From Convolutriloba macropyga (taxonomy: Eukaryota): 64,000 nucleotides of DNA. The notes beneath the pieces are model-generated. The model was not told the origin of the DNA. It worked only from the letters and a program-made list of their open reading frames with translations, and made no database searches. Location: the NCBI RefSeq assembly GCF_964194025.1, contig NC_134469.1, positions 64,170,001 through 64,234,000 on the forward strand, written 5' to 3'. A program made the position numbers and the translations under genes. Shown here piece after piece: positions 24,402 to 35,865 of the stretch. Position 1 is the first letter of the stretch. Each line of letters opens with the position of its first letter.

Positions 24402-26164
24402 GGTTCTACTTCTTTTCACCTCGATTTATTTAACCCCCTATAATTTAACCCCGTATATAATCACCCCTCAGTCATTTAACCACTCAATTTATTCACCCCG
24501 AAATCGGTTTAACGCCGAAATCTCTTATCTAGTTCGGCGTCCAAAAGAACAATTAACAAAGCTAAAGTTCAATGGAGTTAAATAACACAATACTTCTGAC
24601 CTCCAACAGTGCGGCATTGAACAGCTTACGTTTGTTTAAAAGCGAAGAATAATGACGAGAACGAGATTGTTTTTTAGAGCAATGCCTTTGATCGAAAAAG
24701 AACACTTGACAAGTCTGACCTCTTTTATGTTGCACTTTGATTTGAATCAAAAAAGTTCAAACACTGTCCTAGTCTAGAAGACGGAAGAACCGCTACTTTT
24801 CGAATGAAAGGATGTAAGCTAAGTTTTAAAGCCTACTTTCCGGGCAGGCATATGTTAGCAATTCAAAACGAAATTTAACCCTGTGTTAAACAGAATTTTC
24901 AATGAAATTCAGATTGATATTTTTGGGAGCGGTTACGCTGTGCAAGTTTCATATCTAAGTAATGCAAAACTGTGTTTCCAGTTAGGGGTCGCATCATAGG
25001 GATAACGACTGGGATCAAATTCCCTGATGAGTCACGGCTTACAATCTGGGGCAGAGGTTTCCAAGGCAACAAGTAATCGGCTGTAATTTTTTTTTCGTTT
25101 AGAAGGAGGACATACAAACAAGCAGGAGCAATACTGAGAATATATATATGAAGGTTGTAAATTTGGTAGAAGTTTGTGGGCGATAGTTTAAAGGTTCCAT
25201 CCGCAAGCCATAGTTTGGAACCTTCGGGAACCGATGTCATATACGGATCACCAAAAATTAAAATACGCTCGCGGTAATCTTTTCCGCTGTCATACCGCAA
25301 AAATTCTTGAAACCTATCGGGTATATGAAAATGCCCGTCCGACGGTTCATGAATTCACACTGTTTGCATTTTCTTAAACGCTGCGATTTTTGTATTAAAT
25401 TTGGATTTGACAGCAATGCTGGGTCGAGAAAACATCCGTTACTGGTAAAATTGCGGAAGCTACGACTGCTGCGGGCGTTAAGTTTTCAATCAGGGCTTTG
25501 ATCTCTTCTATAACTTTTCGTGTGGCCGGCTTTCCAATCGAAGTATTATGATTGTGCTCAACGTTTACGCGAAAAAGTTGGCCATCTTGTGTAAACGCGG
25601 CACCTGTAGCATTGATATTTCGGGCAATTCAAGGCAGTGGTAATTTTATTTATTTTGTAACATAAAACTTATGGCCTTCTACAACCAATATTTTTTGTTT
25701 TTGGAAGAAATAGTAAACTCAATCGGCAGTTATCATGCTGATTTCAAAATGCAATGAAACAAGAAGTATTCTAGAGTTTCATCCACTTCTCAATTGCTTT
25801 TAGTTGCCTCATTAGGGACTAGTTGAGATATCTATTTCGCTAATTGTTATAGTTTTGCTTTAAACTATGGAATTGTCAGCTCTATGTTCCTTACAATTAT
25901 GATCAATGAATATACAGATTAAAATCGGGGTGAAATGATTGAGGTGTGAAAAGGATATTTTTACCTCAATCATTTCACCTCGATTATAATCTCTATTAAT
26001 TAGACTAAATAAAATTGATTGAGGCCTAATTAACCTCAATTGTAGGAAGCTTAAAATTTGGTTGAAACAATATTGGATTTAAGTAATTGAGGTGTTTAAT
26101 GTTAGGGGTTAAAAAATCGGGTTTAAATTATAGGGGTTAAAAGAGGTGTAAAAAAACAGGAAAC
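24402..26164 (-). mobile_element. Internally deleted Mutator-like (FLYWCH-MULE) DNA transposon
   Basis: 9-bp direct repeat TGAAATTTT at 24393-24401 and 26165-26173. Imperfect ~100-bp TIRs (TTAACCCCTATAATTTAA / TTAAATTATAGGGGTTAA). Minus-strand remnant LWLADGTFKLSPTNFYQIYNLH (MULE first catalytic Asp) and an upstream FLYWCH-like segment (LVVEGHKFY...EHNH). Confidence 0.88.
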
Positions 26165-27158
26165 TGAAATTTTAACTTAGTGGGCAATGTTTAAGCTAAA
26201 GTTTCATCACTTTTTATTAAATGTGCGGATTACTACAATAGGTTGTTAGCTATGTTTATACTTATAATTGCTCTAACCTTTTTTAGAAATTACGTGGGTC
26301 TTGAGTATTTGTTTCACTGGGTTATTTAGGCTGAAGTATATATGTTCACGACTTGAACTTGATTGACTTCTGTTTTCGAACGTTTCGAATTAACATTTAG
26401 TGAACGGTTAGTTTGTTTTAATGTACAGTTATAAATAACCGCTGATATTATTCAATGTTGAAAGGTTATTTTGAGAAAGATTTTGACACCCTTTACAGCC
26501 CCGCTTGCTTCCTCCCAACCTCCATCTACCCCTACCACTCAACTTGCCCCCACCCAAAAAATAATAGGTTATTGTTTTTATTTTTGGTCTGTCTGTTTGG
26601 TTCTCCAGGTCATTTTGCACGAGTCATCGAGTCGTTTTTGGTTATCTGTCGGTTGTTTTTTTTTGCAATTATTCCCAAGGTTATTTGGCCGATTCGGCGT
26701 GAAGACGGGATAAATCTCTAAATCACGGGAAGTAATTTGCTGTGACTTTCTCTTAGATCTTGAGTAGTCTGTAAAAGCATGATTCGCGGATAATGCTAAG
26801 GAGGCATATTTTGATGGTGTAAAGTTAACCTTCCCTTTTTTTGACCATCCTCCCCTTTAGATTTCGACCCCTCCTGGCTTACGCACTAATATCCGGCGCC
26901 TTGAAGTTCCAACCAACCTTAGCCCCTTGCGAGCTGTTCTTCAGTTATGACTTTCGTTCTGAAGATTATCTATCACTCGCAAAGAGTGTCAGCGTTGGAC
27001 GTACATAAATGTGTTCTGAGTTTTTTGTTTAGAAACATGGGTATTTAGGACATTGTGTTGATATAATTAGACTGGGTTTTCGTTTTGGTTTATATTAGAC
27101 GAGCCTAAACCAACCTGATGTTATCCTATTTCATTCTGATTCCGTTTCAGTTCTGACC

Positions 27159-27274
27159 ATGTTTGCTGTCCAAGGCAAATTTTCTGGGGAAGGATGCCAG
27201 AATTCCAAAAGTAACAGTAGTATGCTAGATAAACATGACTTGGGGAAACTGGCCGAAAATCCGATGAACACAGG
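27159..27274 (+). CDS. POMP: Proteasome maturation protein (UMP1/POMP), coding exon 1
   Basis: MFAVQGKFSG...AENPMNTG; acceptor TTTCAG 8 nt upstream of the ATG; donor GG|GTAAGG, phase 2. Confidence 0.75.
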
Positions 27275-27359
27275 GTAAGGTTTCGCACTACGAGTGTCAG
27301 ACATTTTTCTTGCAAAATCATTGGATTTAATGGCGAAATTCGTATAATGTTGATTTCAG

Positions 27360-27417
27360 TTTTGATGGCAAGGTGAATCTGGATAAAATACACCCTCTTC
27401 AGAATATGACTCCACAT
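27360..27417 (+). CDS. POMP: POMP coding exon 2
   Basis: TTTCAG| then FDGKVNLDKIHPLQNMTPH then |GTGAGC; contains the conserved UMP1 HPL motif; phases fit. Confidence 0.82.
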
Positions 27418-28280
27418 GTGAGCAAATAGTTTGGATGATTCAATATCTGTACTGCTAAACGCAAACGAATAATTGATTCAAGTCCAATATTACTGTCCCC
27501 TCCTGCCGTTTTTCAAAACTTTTTATGAGCACAAACAAACTACTGCCTGGTTTTGTATTCATGATGGTCTCTAAAGCCAAACACGAAGGCTCGCATGATT
27601 CGCGGATGGAGTCTTTTAGCTGGTTCCTGCAAATTGACAACTGTTTCATAACTCAAGTTTGAACGGGGGAAAAGAAAAAAAAACGAGTTTTCTGAGAAAC
27701 CAAAAATGCCTGGGTAACCCTCCCTTACAAATAACTTTTTTTTTAAAAAAATCTTTCCGAAAAGGGTGTTGCTATGCTACCAACAACCATCATTTAAGTA
27801 CCAAATTTCTTTAAAAAAAGTAGAAAAAAGTAGGAGTCAAAAACACCGTTCATATAGCTAACTTTGGCTACAATTCGTGTCATATTTATTGCTTTGTCTT
27901 AAGTTAGGCACATGAATAGTGCTTTATGCTTTGCAAAGATTTTTAATGTTTTGTTCTATTGAACGATTTTAATATGTAGCTGGTTTTTTGACAATCTATG
28001 GTGTCCAAAGGCAGTTCTTGTTTGCCGAACTAAGTGAACCCAAAAAACTTGAAAAATGAATAAACGGATTCTAAGTTTTCACCTCGACCTCGATACAGTA
28101 AAATGTTGCCATAACAGTCTACTTATAATACGGAGATTTTGTATCAAATAAACACCAAATTTGTTCGCGGAAGCAGTTTTTATACTTGTCTGAATTATTT
28201 CCATCGCGGCTAAAATAACAGCCTGACAACAAAGTCCTCTATCTAATGTGACATTTAATGAACGAAAGGACAGCAGATAC

Positions 28281-29992
28281 AACAAAGAGGCTCCGACCGG
28301 CTTCAACAAACTACTAAATGAATAAAAAATCTACCTATGAGCGCCGATGAGACCTGTAATTAATATGACTACCAGAAAAGACGGCGATAAAATCAAATAA
28401 TTACAAATATTAATTACGACCAAAACTCGTCCAAAAAAAATTAATAAAATCAAAATGGTTTTAGATAAAACTTATACTAAAGAACATTAACCTGTACTTC
28501 ATTGGAAAAAATTATGGGACTTTTCCTCAATGCGACTTGGTAACAAGTCGACGAGAAATGAGCAAAAGCTCATTAAAACTTTGCTTTTTTTGAAAAGAAT
28601 TAATGTCAACCTGATTGGAAACAATATGCAATCAACTGAAATCATCGAGAGATTCATTCCTCCATAGAGAGTGAGCGAGACATTTCATTATTCAGGATAT
28701 GTCGTACGACTACAAAAGAACGATGAAAACAGGCAAAAAGAAAAAAAATAAAAATTTGCGCAAAAACGGTGTCCCAACCAATTAGTCATTAAGCTGTTCA
28801 CCAAGGACATTAACAATTTTTCATTGCGTTCTCGTTTCAAATGGCCAGAGGACCGCTTATTATTTTGATACTGTGAAATGAAAACATGAGCTGACAAAAA
28901 TGGGCGATTATGCAAAAATCACGAATATTTAATGAAAATTCGTACCAAGAACAAGACCATTTGAGGAAAACAAAACCGCTATAAAAAGCAAATTTTAGTT
29001 CAATAGATAAAGAATATGACCTTTTTAAAGATTTACTAAGGTACAAGTTAACAGAAAAAAGATGGCAAAGCTCATAAATCCATTGTCTCTTTAAAAAAAA
29101 ACAATTATTTTCAAAATTCATGGCCAACATAAGCTTTCGACTAAAAGAGTAGACAATTTATTTTGCAACTTCTTTGAAAGCTTATTCCGCCTGTTAATAG
29201 TAAGTCTAAATCTTGAAACTAAAAAATAACATTAGATTTTATTTTTTTGAATAGTTAAATGGATTAAATTACCTTAATAATTGATATCACTATATAGCTA
29301 ATGGTTTTATTGACTTTCAAATTAAGAATCCATGATATCAATTCTATACCTTATTTTGGTGAGCGTTAACTATTTTGGTGAGCGTTAACTATTTTGGTGA
29401 GTGTTTCAAATGTTTGCGAATAAGGCCAATTAATAGGTGAAATAATTCAAAAATAGAAATAATGCATTTTGTATAATCATCGGTTTAATTTTGCAAAAAA
29501 CGCAAAATGTTTATCAAGAAGGCTTTTATAGGGCGCCGGATTTGAACTAGCTCTTTTTCGGAGTCTACGGAGATTGTGTCGGTGGTTTCTAGGTCTCCAA
29601 TTTCGGCAAACTTGAACAAAGTGGACCAAAAACCATATTTTGTGCAAGTTTTAACCAAAAAATTTTTATTGAAACAATTAAGCAAGGCTCTTTTATCTCT
29701 AACGATAATAATAACACTCTACCGTTAAAAATTGTGACTTAATTTAAATTAAATTAGCAAAATTGAGTCAAATTTCAGCAAAAATTACGGAAAAAGTGAG
29801 TGAAAACTGTCGAATTTTCACAAAACTTTGAACCTCGATAACTCCCTGTAAAAGTCAAAATTTGAAAAAATCTTTTTAATTCGACATTCTAGGATGTACG
29901 TGCTTTTTAATGATACCACTCACAAATCTCTACGATGATTATATCGATCGGCCAAAATTGACTGAACAAAAAAAAGTAGGGGGTCGGAACAA
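28281..29992 (-). mobile_element. Diverged family A element in a POMP intron, terminal palindrome deleted
   Basis: Right end ...ATCGGCCAAAATTGACTGAAC...GGGGTCGGAACAA as at 14585-14655. Left end AACAAAGAGGCTCCGACC equals the family A end minus the hairpin. Includes a 19-bp tandem repeat at 29352-29401. Confidence 0.65.
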
Positions 29993-31892
29993 CAGGAAAA
30001 AGAATGATGTTGAAGTTTGACTAGATTATAGGCTCGCTCAACAGAATAGTTTATCTACAGAAAGTAAACAAATCTATCAATGAAAACTGAAGAAAAGTAA
30101 CAACTAGGGCAATAGTTAGAAAATATTTGCAAATATTTCTTAAGGAGGACGTCCTTTGCAAATATTTCTGAAGGAGGACGTTGGAACTTTTTTAAAGTCG
30201 TTGGAACATGTAAAAAGACGACTAATTGCAAGGAGACGAACAAATTGACCTCTGAATTGTTTTTAATTTTCATTAAAAAGATTCTTTAACCAAATGAGAG
30301 AGCAATAACTTGGAGAACAGTAAATCCGGTTAAAATTCAGAAAAAGTTTTAGAAACGAATCTGTCTAAGTAACAAAAAGCGTTGGTTATTAATTAAAATC
30401 TGTAAATAGATGAAGCCTTACCTCGACAGAAGGCAGACAAGACTTGTCATTAGTCATACTCAAAGATATTTTTGAAAGACAAAACTACGACTGAAATGTA
30501 AACCTAGTTTTTTTTTTACAGAAGACGAATGGCTTAGGAGTCAAAAAGTTATAGGATCCTATAAAGGTTACCGGAGTTGCAAGTAGGAACCGAGAATTGT
30601 TAATACTTTCATAAGTAGTCGTGATAACGCATGCGAACAAGAAAGCTCCCGAAATTCTGTTTCCTCTCAATTCCAATCTAACTTTTCATGCTCTAAAGCT
30701 TCTCTGTTTAAAAGACATTTAAAATTTCGGCGGGTCTCAAATCACGGTGTATCTTTAGCACCTAAATGGTGTCCAAAATATTCAAAATATGACAGCAGAT
30801 CTTCATAAAAAAATGACGCCCAATCAAGTTTCAAATTAATTCCTCAAATTATTTGAATCAAGCTAGGACTTCAGGAGTAGTGGACTGAGTAGATGGTGCT
30901 CGTTGTAGCAACACGCGGAGCTGCTCCTATTTAACTGTCTGAACAGATATAATTTTAAACCAAAACTCAATGTTAAATAGATGTTTAAGATTACAAACTG
31001 AAAAAGTCGGGTTTTTTTTAATCCCAAGAATGAAAAAGAAGTAATTAATGCACAACCAGTATTTTGTGGTCGATGTTTAGTCAATTTTTTCTCGGGAGCA
31101 GTATCTGGCTAACTTCATAATTTTTACGTTTTTAAAACTGACATGAGTTATTGTCATAGTTTTCTTGATAATAAATATCAAATGGTTATCTTGTTTCTCA
31201 AGATCTCGAAGACTTTGCAAAATAAGCTGAATTGTTTCTCTTTTAAACGCAATTTTTAAAGGATTTTAAATTAGAGGTTGACAGTGTTGGAAAGATAACA
31301 CAATTCTTGTTTTCGGAAAAGTGGCTCGTTATCTTAATTAATGGATTTATGAACTAATTTTGAAAAAATTTGATTACAATCTTTGCTGATTTTACATACA
31401 ATGTGCCGAATTGCGTACTGCGCAAATTGATAAAAGAATTCTAGACACAAATTGCGGTAACAGGTTATTATAATGGTTGCTCGTAGATGCATATCTTAGA
31501 TGTGATGGTTGATCTTAAGAAAAAATACCTGTACTATGATCTTCAAATCATCGTAAGAAGAAATGTTAGAAAAATTTGATCAAAGTTCTGGCCATGTTTA
31601 CGTGAAGTACTGCGTAAAGTTTTTGCAAACTCTTTCGGAAAGATATTAAAATTCTCGAATCTGCTCGTAGTAAATTTATAGACAGAAATAGAAAGGGCTA
31701 GCATAAAGTTCTCCCATTCTTTTCAAAAAATTGTTGGGAACAATATAGATAGGATGATACCCAAGAACAAGTAGTAGTGGTAGCTTCATTCATTAGGGTC
31801 AAAAGTTAAACAATTACTTCTCAAAATTAAACCATCTTAAGGAATAGGTTTCAATTCCGAAATCTGAGCTCAAAATGCATAGCCAGCAAACT

Positions 31893-31930
31893 GGACACCA
31901 TTCTGAGCTCAGGACACCATTCTGAGCTCA
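31893..31930. repeat. 19-bp tandem duplication
   Basis: GGACACCATTCTGAGCTCA twice. Confidence 0.9.
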
Positions 31931-31957
31931 AGTAGTGAAATATTTGTTGCGTTTTAG

Positions 31958-32053
31958 AAGGAGGAGCGTGAGATGATGCTGCAGCAGCTGAGACATTCAG
32001 AGGGACTACACATGCCACTCAAATTGAGAATGGAGGAACGAATCCTCCAAAAT
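31958..32053 (+). CDS. POMP: POMP coding exon 3
   Basis: KEEREMMLQQLRHSEGLHMPLKLRMEERILQN matches the UMP1 LRxxxGxxxPLKLxME motif. TAG/AAG tandem acceptor; donor |GTTATC. Confidence 0.9.
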
Positions 32054-32367
32054 GTTATCATTTTACACCCTAGCAAAGCGTTTCAATTTCACCATAGTTC
32101 GGCAAAGTAGATTTTCTGATGGGCTTTTTTAAAGCAAAAAATAGCTTAAAATTGATGCATGTTGCTATCTAAGTAACCATTTCGAGTATAAATCAAAGTG
32201 CCTTCTTCGACTAAATGCTTCCCTTAATACTTAGTTGGTTCAAATCCGACTTTTCGATTGCTTCCCGTTGAAGGGGATTGCTTCAAGTTATCCGTGATTT
32301 TAGGCTTTGCCTTATTTGTTTACTTTAATGACCTGACCTTCGATCTTGTGAGTCGGATTGTTTTTAG

Positions 32368-32461
32368 CATGAACGCCTTCCTTGTTTGAGGAGCAGTCGT
32401 GTCTTGTGGGAATCTCTTACTGGCTATGACGAACAAATACTCTCAACTGACATGTTCCAAG
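32368..32461 (+). CDS. POMP: POMP coding exon 4
   Basis: HERLPCLRSSRVLWESLTGYDEQILSTDMFQ matches UMP1 RLPxLxSS...LxGxDExI; TTTTTAG| and G|GTAATT. Confidence 0.9.
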
Positions 32462-34264
32462 GTAATTGCCGAAATAACTATATCCTAGGATAAAATCGAA
32501 ATTCAGTGGTTGACTAATCTATGCCTAGTCTGGAGAAGATAGAGACGTACTTAGTGATAGAAAGCGAGAAAAGGTTTTGACAAAACTAAAGGGTCTTGTG
32601 CTGCATTATTATTGACTTTTTAAACACATGTGCTCAATAAAAAAAATATCTGCCTCTGGAATCGAAGGTAGATTCCTAATTTTAGATGCGAGCCACTGGC
32701 AGGTACTTATTTATGAGCAAGATAAATCCGCTTTTTTGTGCAAACAAAAATTAAATATGCCATTTCCGTGCTGTACGATAAGTTTCCGCCAAGACACGTT
32801 CGATATCGAGCTCTAGTTTTTTGTGCCCTTTTTGTACACATAACAACTCTCGACCAGTCTTGATGTCGCCTGTCTCAATGGGGCAAAGAGGATTGATTGA
32901 GTTTCGGTCTAAGATACAAAAAATCAAGTTATGATAAGGTAATTCCAGATAACTGTTTTTAGGAATGCATTGAGCATCGTCTGAAAGCTAATTTTTCTAA
33001 TACTTAAAAGCCTGTAATGGTAAATAAATTTCTCTTTGATTGTATATTGCATCTTCTTCCAAAAAAATTCCACGGTGTGTCCTTGCGTACACGATGTTTG
33101 AATGCAAGTCAAAATATTAAATAATAGTATAGAGTTGATATTAATGTTTTTAAAGAAATTTGCAAATAATTAAGATCCAAATCTCCGCTACACTATTTTA
33201 TTCAGCAAAGTTTAACAGTCATTAAAAGCAATCGAGATGGAGTTTAAGAGGCCTATTTCCCGATCACTTTCATAAACTGCAAAAACAAAAAGTGATTAGC
33301 TAACTTGTTGAAAAACATACAATAGGCTAAAAAAACTGAATTTATTACCCAAAAGTGTTCAAAGCTTCAGTTATCAACAAATGAAAGCACATATATTAAT
33401 ATAAGTGAGCTGTACACTAAAGATAATAATGATGTTTTTACCCTGTATTACTAACTCTATTAATGCGCTTTAGTAAAATGACATCAATTTATTTAAGGTT
33501 GGTTACTTTTTTGCATATATGGGCAGACTTGAAGAGCAAGTATGCTCAATTTGTGTCCTAATTGGTTTGTTTTTGGATATGACTATTGTCCATCTTATTT
33601 GACAATCTTTATATTTGATTTTCTGTATTTCCTACTGCAAGCGGAATTGATGGTTTTAGGAACTAAACCTTTAAAATTGTTCCAAGTTCCTTTTGCAGTC
33701 CTAATTGCTCACTTTTTTGTAAACAAGCTTTGTAGAATATGCAGACATTTGAGTGCCCAAAAAAGTTGCATAATGCTCAAGTTTCCGAACTTGAGTATAG
33801 TTTAAGACCAAACGCATTTTCTTTTTATAAATTTGCTGATATGTTATGTTCTTTTCGGTTCCTTTGTTTTTTCACAAAATAAATCAAAGCTTTTCATAAC
33901 TCAGCAACATTAAAAGAGATCGGAATAGTTGACTATTTTAACCGCCATCTCGAAGAAAAGTAAATTTTTCAGAAACTAAAACTTGTATTGATGAGCTTCT
34001 CCATTGGAAGCTAAAAGCGTCAATTTCCGTAATACCTAATATTCTGACAAATGTTCCAATTTTTTGTAAAACAATGTAGTTGAAATATGCTGAAGTTTTT
34101 AAAATTAACTTCAAATTCTACTGAAACCTAACTTGGTTTGAAGAGCCTCTCAATATAACACTCAAACTTTGATAAACTTTTTTTTTGGTTACGGAAATTT
34201 GTGGATAAGAGGGATTGGAACATTATGGGCGCACGCAAATTAACGAGCCTCCTTGATTGTTTAG

Positions 34265-34329
34265 ATTACCAATTGCCAGAAATGAGTGGAGAAGCACAAG
34301 TGATGATTGAGAGCTGTAGAAGATACTAA
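34265..34329 (+). CDS. POMP: POMP coding exon 5 (joined CDS 429 nt, 142 aa)
   Basis: TTTAG|AT, phase 1; DYQLPEMSGEAQVMIESCRRY* resembles the POMP C-terminus ExxGEPHxxxE. Confidence 0.8.
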
Positions 34330-35470
34330 ATGTGTTGTTAATGGAGTAGAATGAGCGGATTGCTCAGCTCACAAGCGAAAGATAAATGGATTCTTTGTGT
34401 TGATGGCATTGGTTGAATGAACTCTTACTCTTATTAGTTTGTGTTGCCCTGACCTTACTTGAATTTAATGTTTCATTTAGTTCTTATTGATCGAGCTTGA
34501 TTGTGCTAGCCAAGATTGGAGCGTGTACTTCTATCGTTCTATCCGCTGGATGTCTTTGCTTTATATTGAGTTCATTTAATTGTACACTTGAGTTGTGAAA
34601 CTATGACTGAACATTATTCGAATTCAGTCTTCATAACTGGGATTGCAGGTATTATTGTTCACTTCGATTGCAGGAGCAGACAAGCCTAGTATGTGTGCGG
34701 TACATAGAACATGATTGCTTCACGCCAGTATACGTTGTTTTGTTTAATAGACTCGAAGAGGAGTTGGTATTCTACAGGTTTTCACGACTCGAAGAGGACG
34801 AACGGCGATTAATTGCTCTCAAACAAAGTCTTTTTATGCAATTTTTCGCTTGACCAATTTTTCGTATGGCTCATTTAACTTTTGCTAAATGGTATAAACA
34901 GGTAATGCACGGATGGCATTAAAATCTCTTAGAGCCCTCCGCCCAAGCAGTAAATGCTATTCAGCAAAACTGTTTTGAGGCGACAAAAAGAAGTGATCAT
35001 TTCATTTTATTATCTTTATAGGGATTTGAGTATTAAGCAGATAAATTTCATTAGTCAATTGGGTGCTTAATTGTTTGAAGCTGTTTTGCAGGGAAACATG
35101 ACAAAAATTGAGAAAAATGATCTATTTTGTCCATGTTTTGTTTTTTTTCTCATTTGTTTCAAAATTAGAGAGATCTCTCTGATCCTGTTATGAGTTGCAT
35201 GTTTTTGCGTCGGCAAGTTATTGTTGTTATTGTAGCAGAGAGAATATTTTCATTTAAATTTATTTTATATAAAGGAAATAATTGAATTTTTCCTAATATT
35301 TTTGAGGTCATTCTCGTTTTTGTTTACTTATTCCATCGTAATTCACCTCAGGTTGCTTTTTTGCTTTATTCAGTTTGTCTAAAAATTGATAGTTGAGACA
35401 AAGTTTTCGATTGTTGAGATCACTCTTCGAGATCTTTCCAGAATTCATCTTGCTGTTTTATACTCAATTT

Positions 35471-35865
35471 TTAATTGCTCTTGAACGAAGTGCATAGCAA
35501 TTATTGTAAACGTGTGTGTCTTTTTTTAATGCAATTTTCTCGCTTGACATTTTTACGCTTTTCTTCTGGAACATTCTTTGACTTCTCAAGTGACTTTTTC
35601 ACGCTTTCGGTCTTCATTTTTGAGTGATCTCTATTGCTCTGAAGTAAAGCTAATATAAAATCGGTCGAGGAATAGGAGTTATGTGATCTGTAGCGCAGTG
35701 GTTAGTGGTTGTGGCTGTGGATCGGGAGGGCAGTGGTTCGAATCACGGGCGGGGACAAGTTTTTTTGCACCCATAAAGAAAAATTGATCTAGGCTACAGC
35801 CCCTGAATTAAATTGCCTCGCCTGTCGTTCAAGAGCAATTCTTCCGACATTTGTCGGTTTATGTT
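35471..35865 (+). mobile_element. Complete ~395-bp Helentron-like element, family D, carrying a tRNA-derived cassette
   Basis: Perfect 16-bp subterminal IR AATTGCTCTTGAACGA (35473-35488) / TCGTTCAAGAGCAATT (35825-35840); hairpin CCGACATTTGTCGG; terminal TTATGTT. Confidence 0.8.
35683..35766 (+). pseudogene. tRNA-like Pol III cassette (pseudo-tRNA)
   Basis: A box TAGCGCAGTGG at 35691, B box GGTTCGAATC at 35735, T7 run at 35760-35766. Acceptor and anticodon stems pair poorly. Confidence 0.7.
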
